27,461 bases of DNA from a virus (lineage: Duplodnaviria > Caudoviricetes): positions 1-27,461 of IMG/VR virus record IMGVR_UViG_3300035666_000134. One strand, given 5' to 3'. The position numbers were made by a program, and so were the translations under genes. Under the pieces are notes generated by a model. That model was not told where the DNA came from and made no database searches. It worked only from the letters and a program-made list of their open reading frames with translations. Shown piece by piece: positions 27,370 to 27,461 of this stretch (positions within the stretch are counted from its first letter, which is position 1; every line of letters begins with the position of its first letter).

Positions 27370-27455
27370 GCCGTCGTTCCAATGCGCCGTCGTAAATTAA
27401 GGTAGGCAGGGATAGGACGGCGGACTACCCTTTTCGGGTGCCCCCTAGCCTCCTC
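27370..27455 (-). promoter_or_regulatory. Structured 5' leader of the primase-helicase gene
   Basis: Predicted three-way junction (27400-27455) plus an 8-bp direct repeat (27370-27377, 27386-27393) complementary to one of its loops. Confidence 0.5.
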
Positions 27456-27461
27456 AAACTT

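Noticed and set aside
1-27461. tRNA, rRNA, integrase, transposase, intron or intein
   Set aside because: Intergenic gaps are too short and no such motifs were recognised by eye.

Overview
This window is about 27 kb of a tailed dsDNA phage with podovirus-like organisation; no capsid, portal or terminase gene is in view. The + strand (1-24279) is one late cluster: repeat-rich virion and tail-fibre genes, a coupled block of four different 2OG-Fe(II) oxygenases next to a Gly/Pro/Cys-rich adhesin-like gene, a tail-assembly chaperone, a cupin, a lysis cassette (membrane protein, holin, GH24 lysozyme), a nozzle/stabilisation protein, three probable ejection proteins and a 2034-aa polyvalent protein (HExxxH metallopeptidase-like, ADP-ribosyltransferase-like and LPD38-like regions). 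The - strand carries a primase-helicase fusion and a small gene, ending at an intrinsic terminator. Signals not explained by the ORF track: (i) a 59-codon +1-frame gene with a strong Shine-Dalgarno nested in the polyvalent gene; (ii) three LYRT motifs that bracket its enzyme modules; (iii) recurrent hydrophobic-A-x-G-G motifs in the ejection proteins; (iv) a candidate promoter-to-terminator ~75-nt sRNA with anti-SD tracts; (v) a structured leader upstream of the primase whose loop is complementary to repeats at the start codon; (vi) the oxygenase cassette as a possible tail-fibre modification system. Family assignments come from motif recognition by eye; no database search was run.
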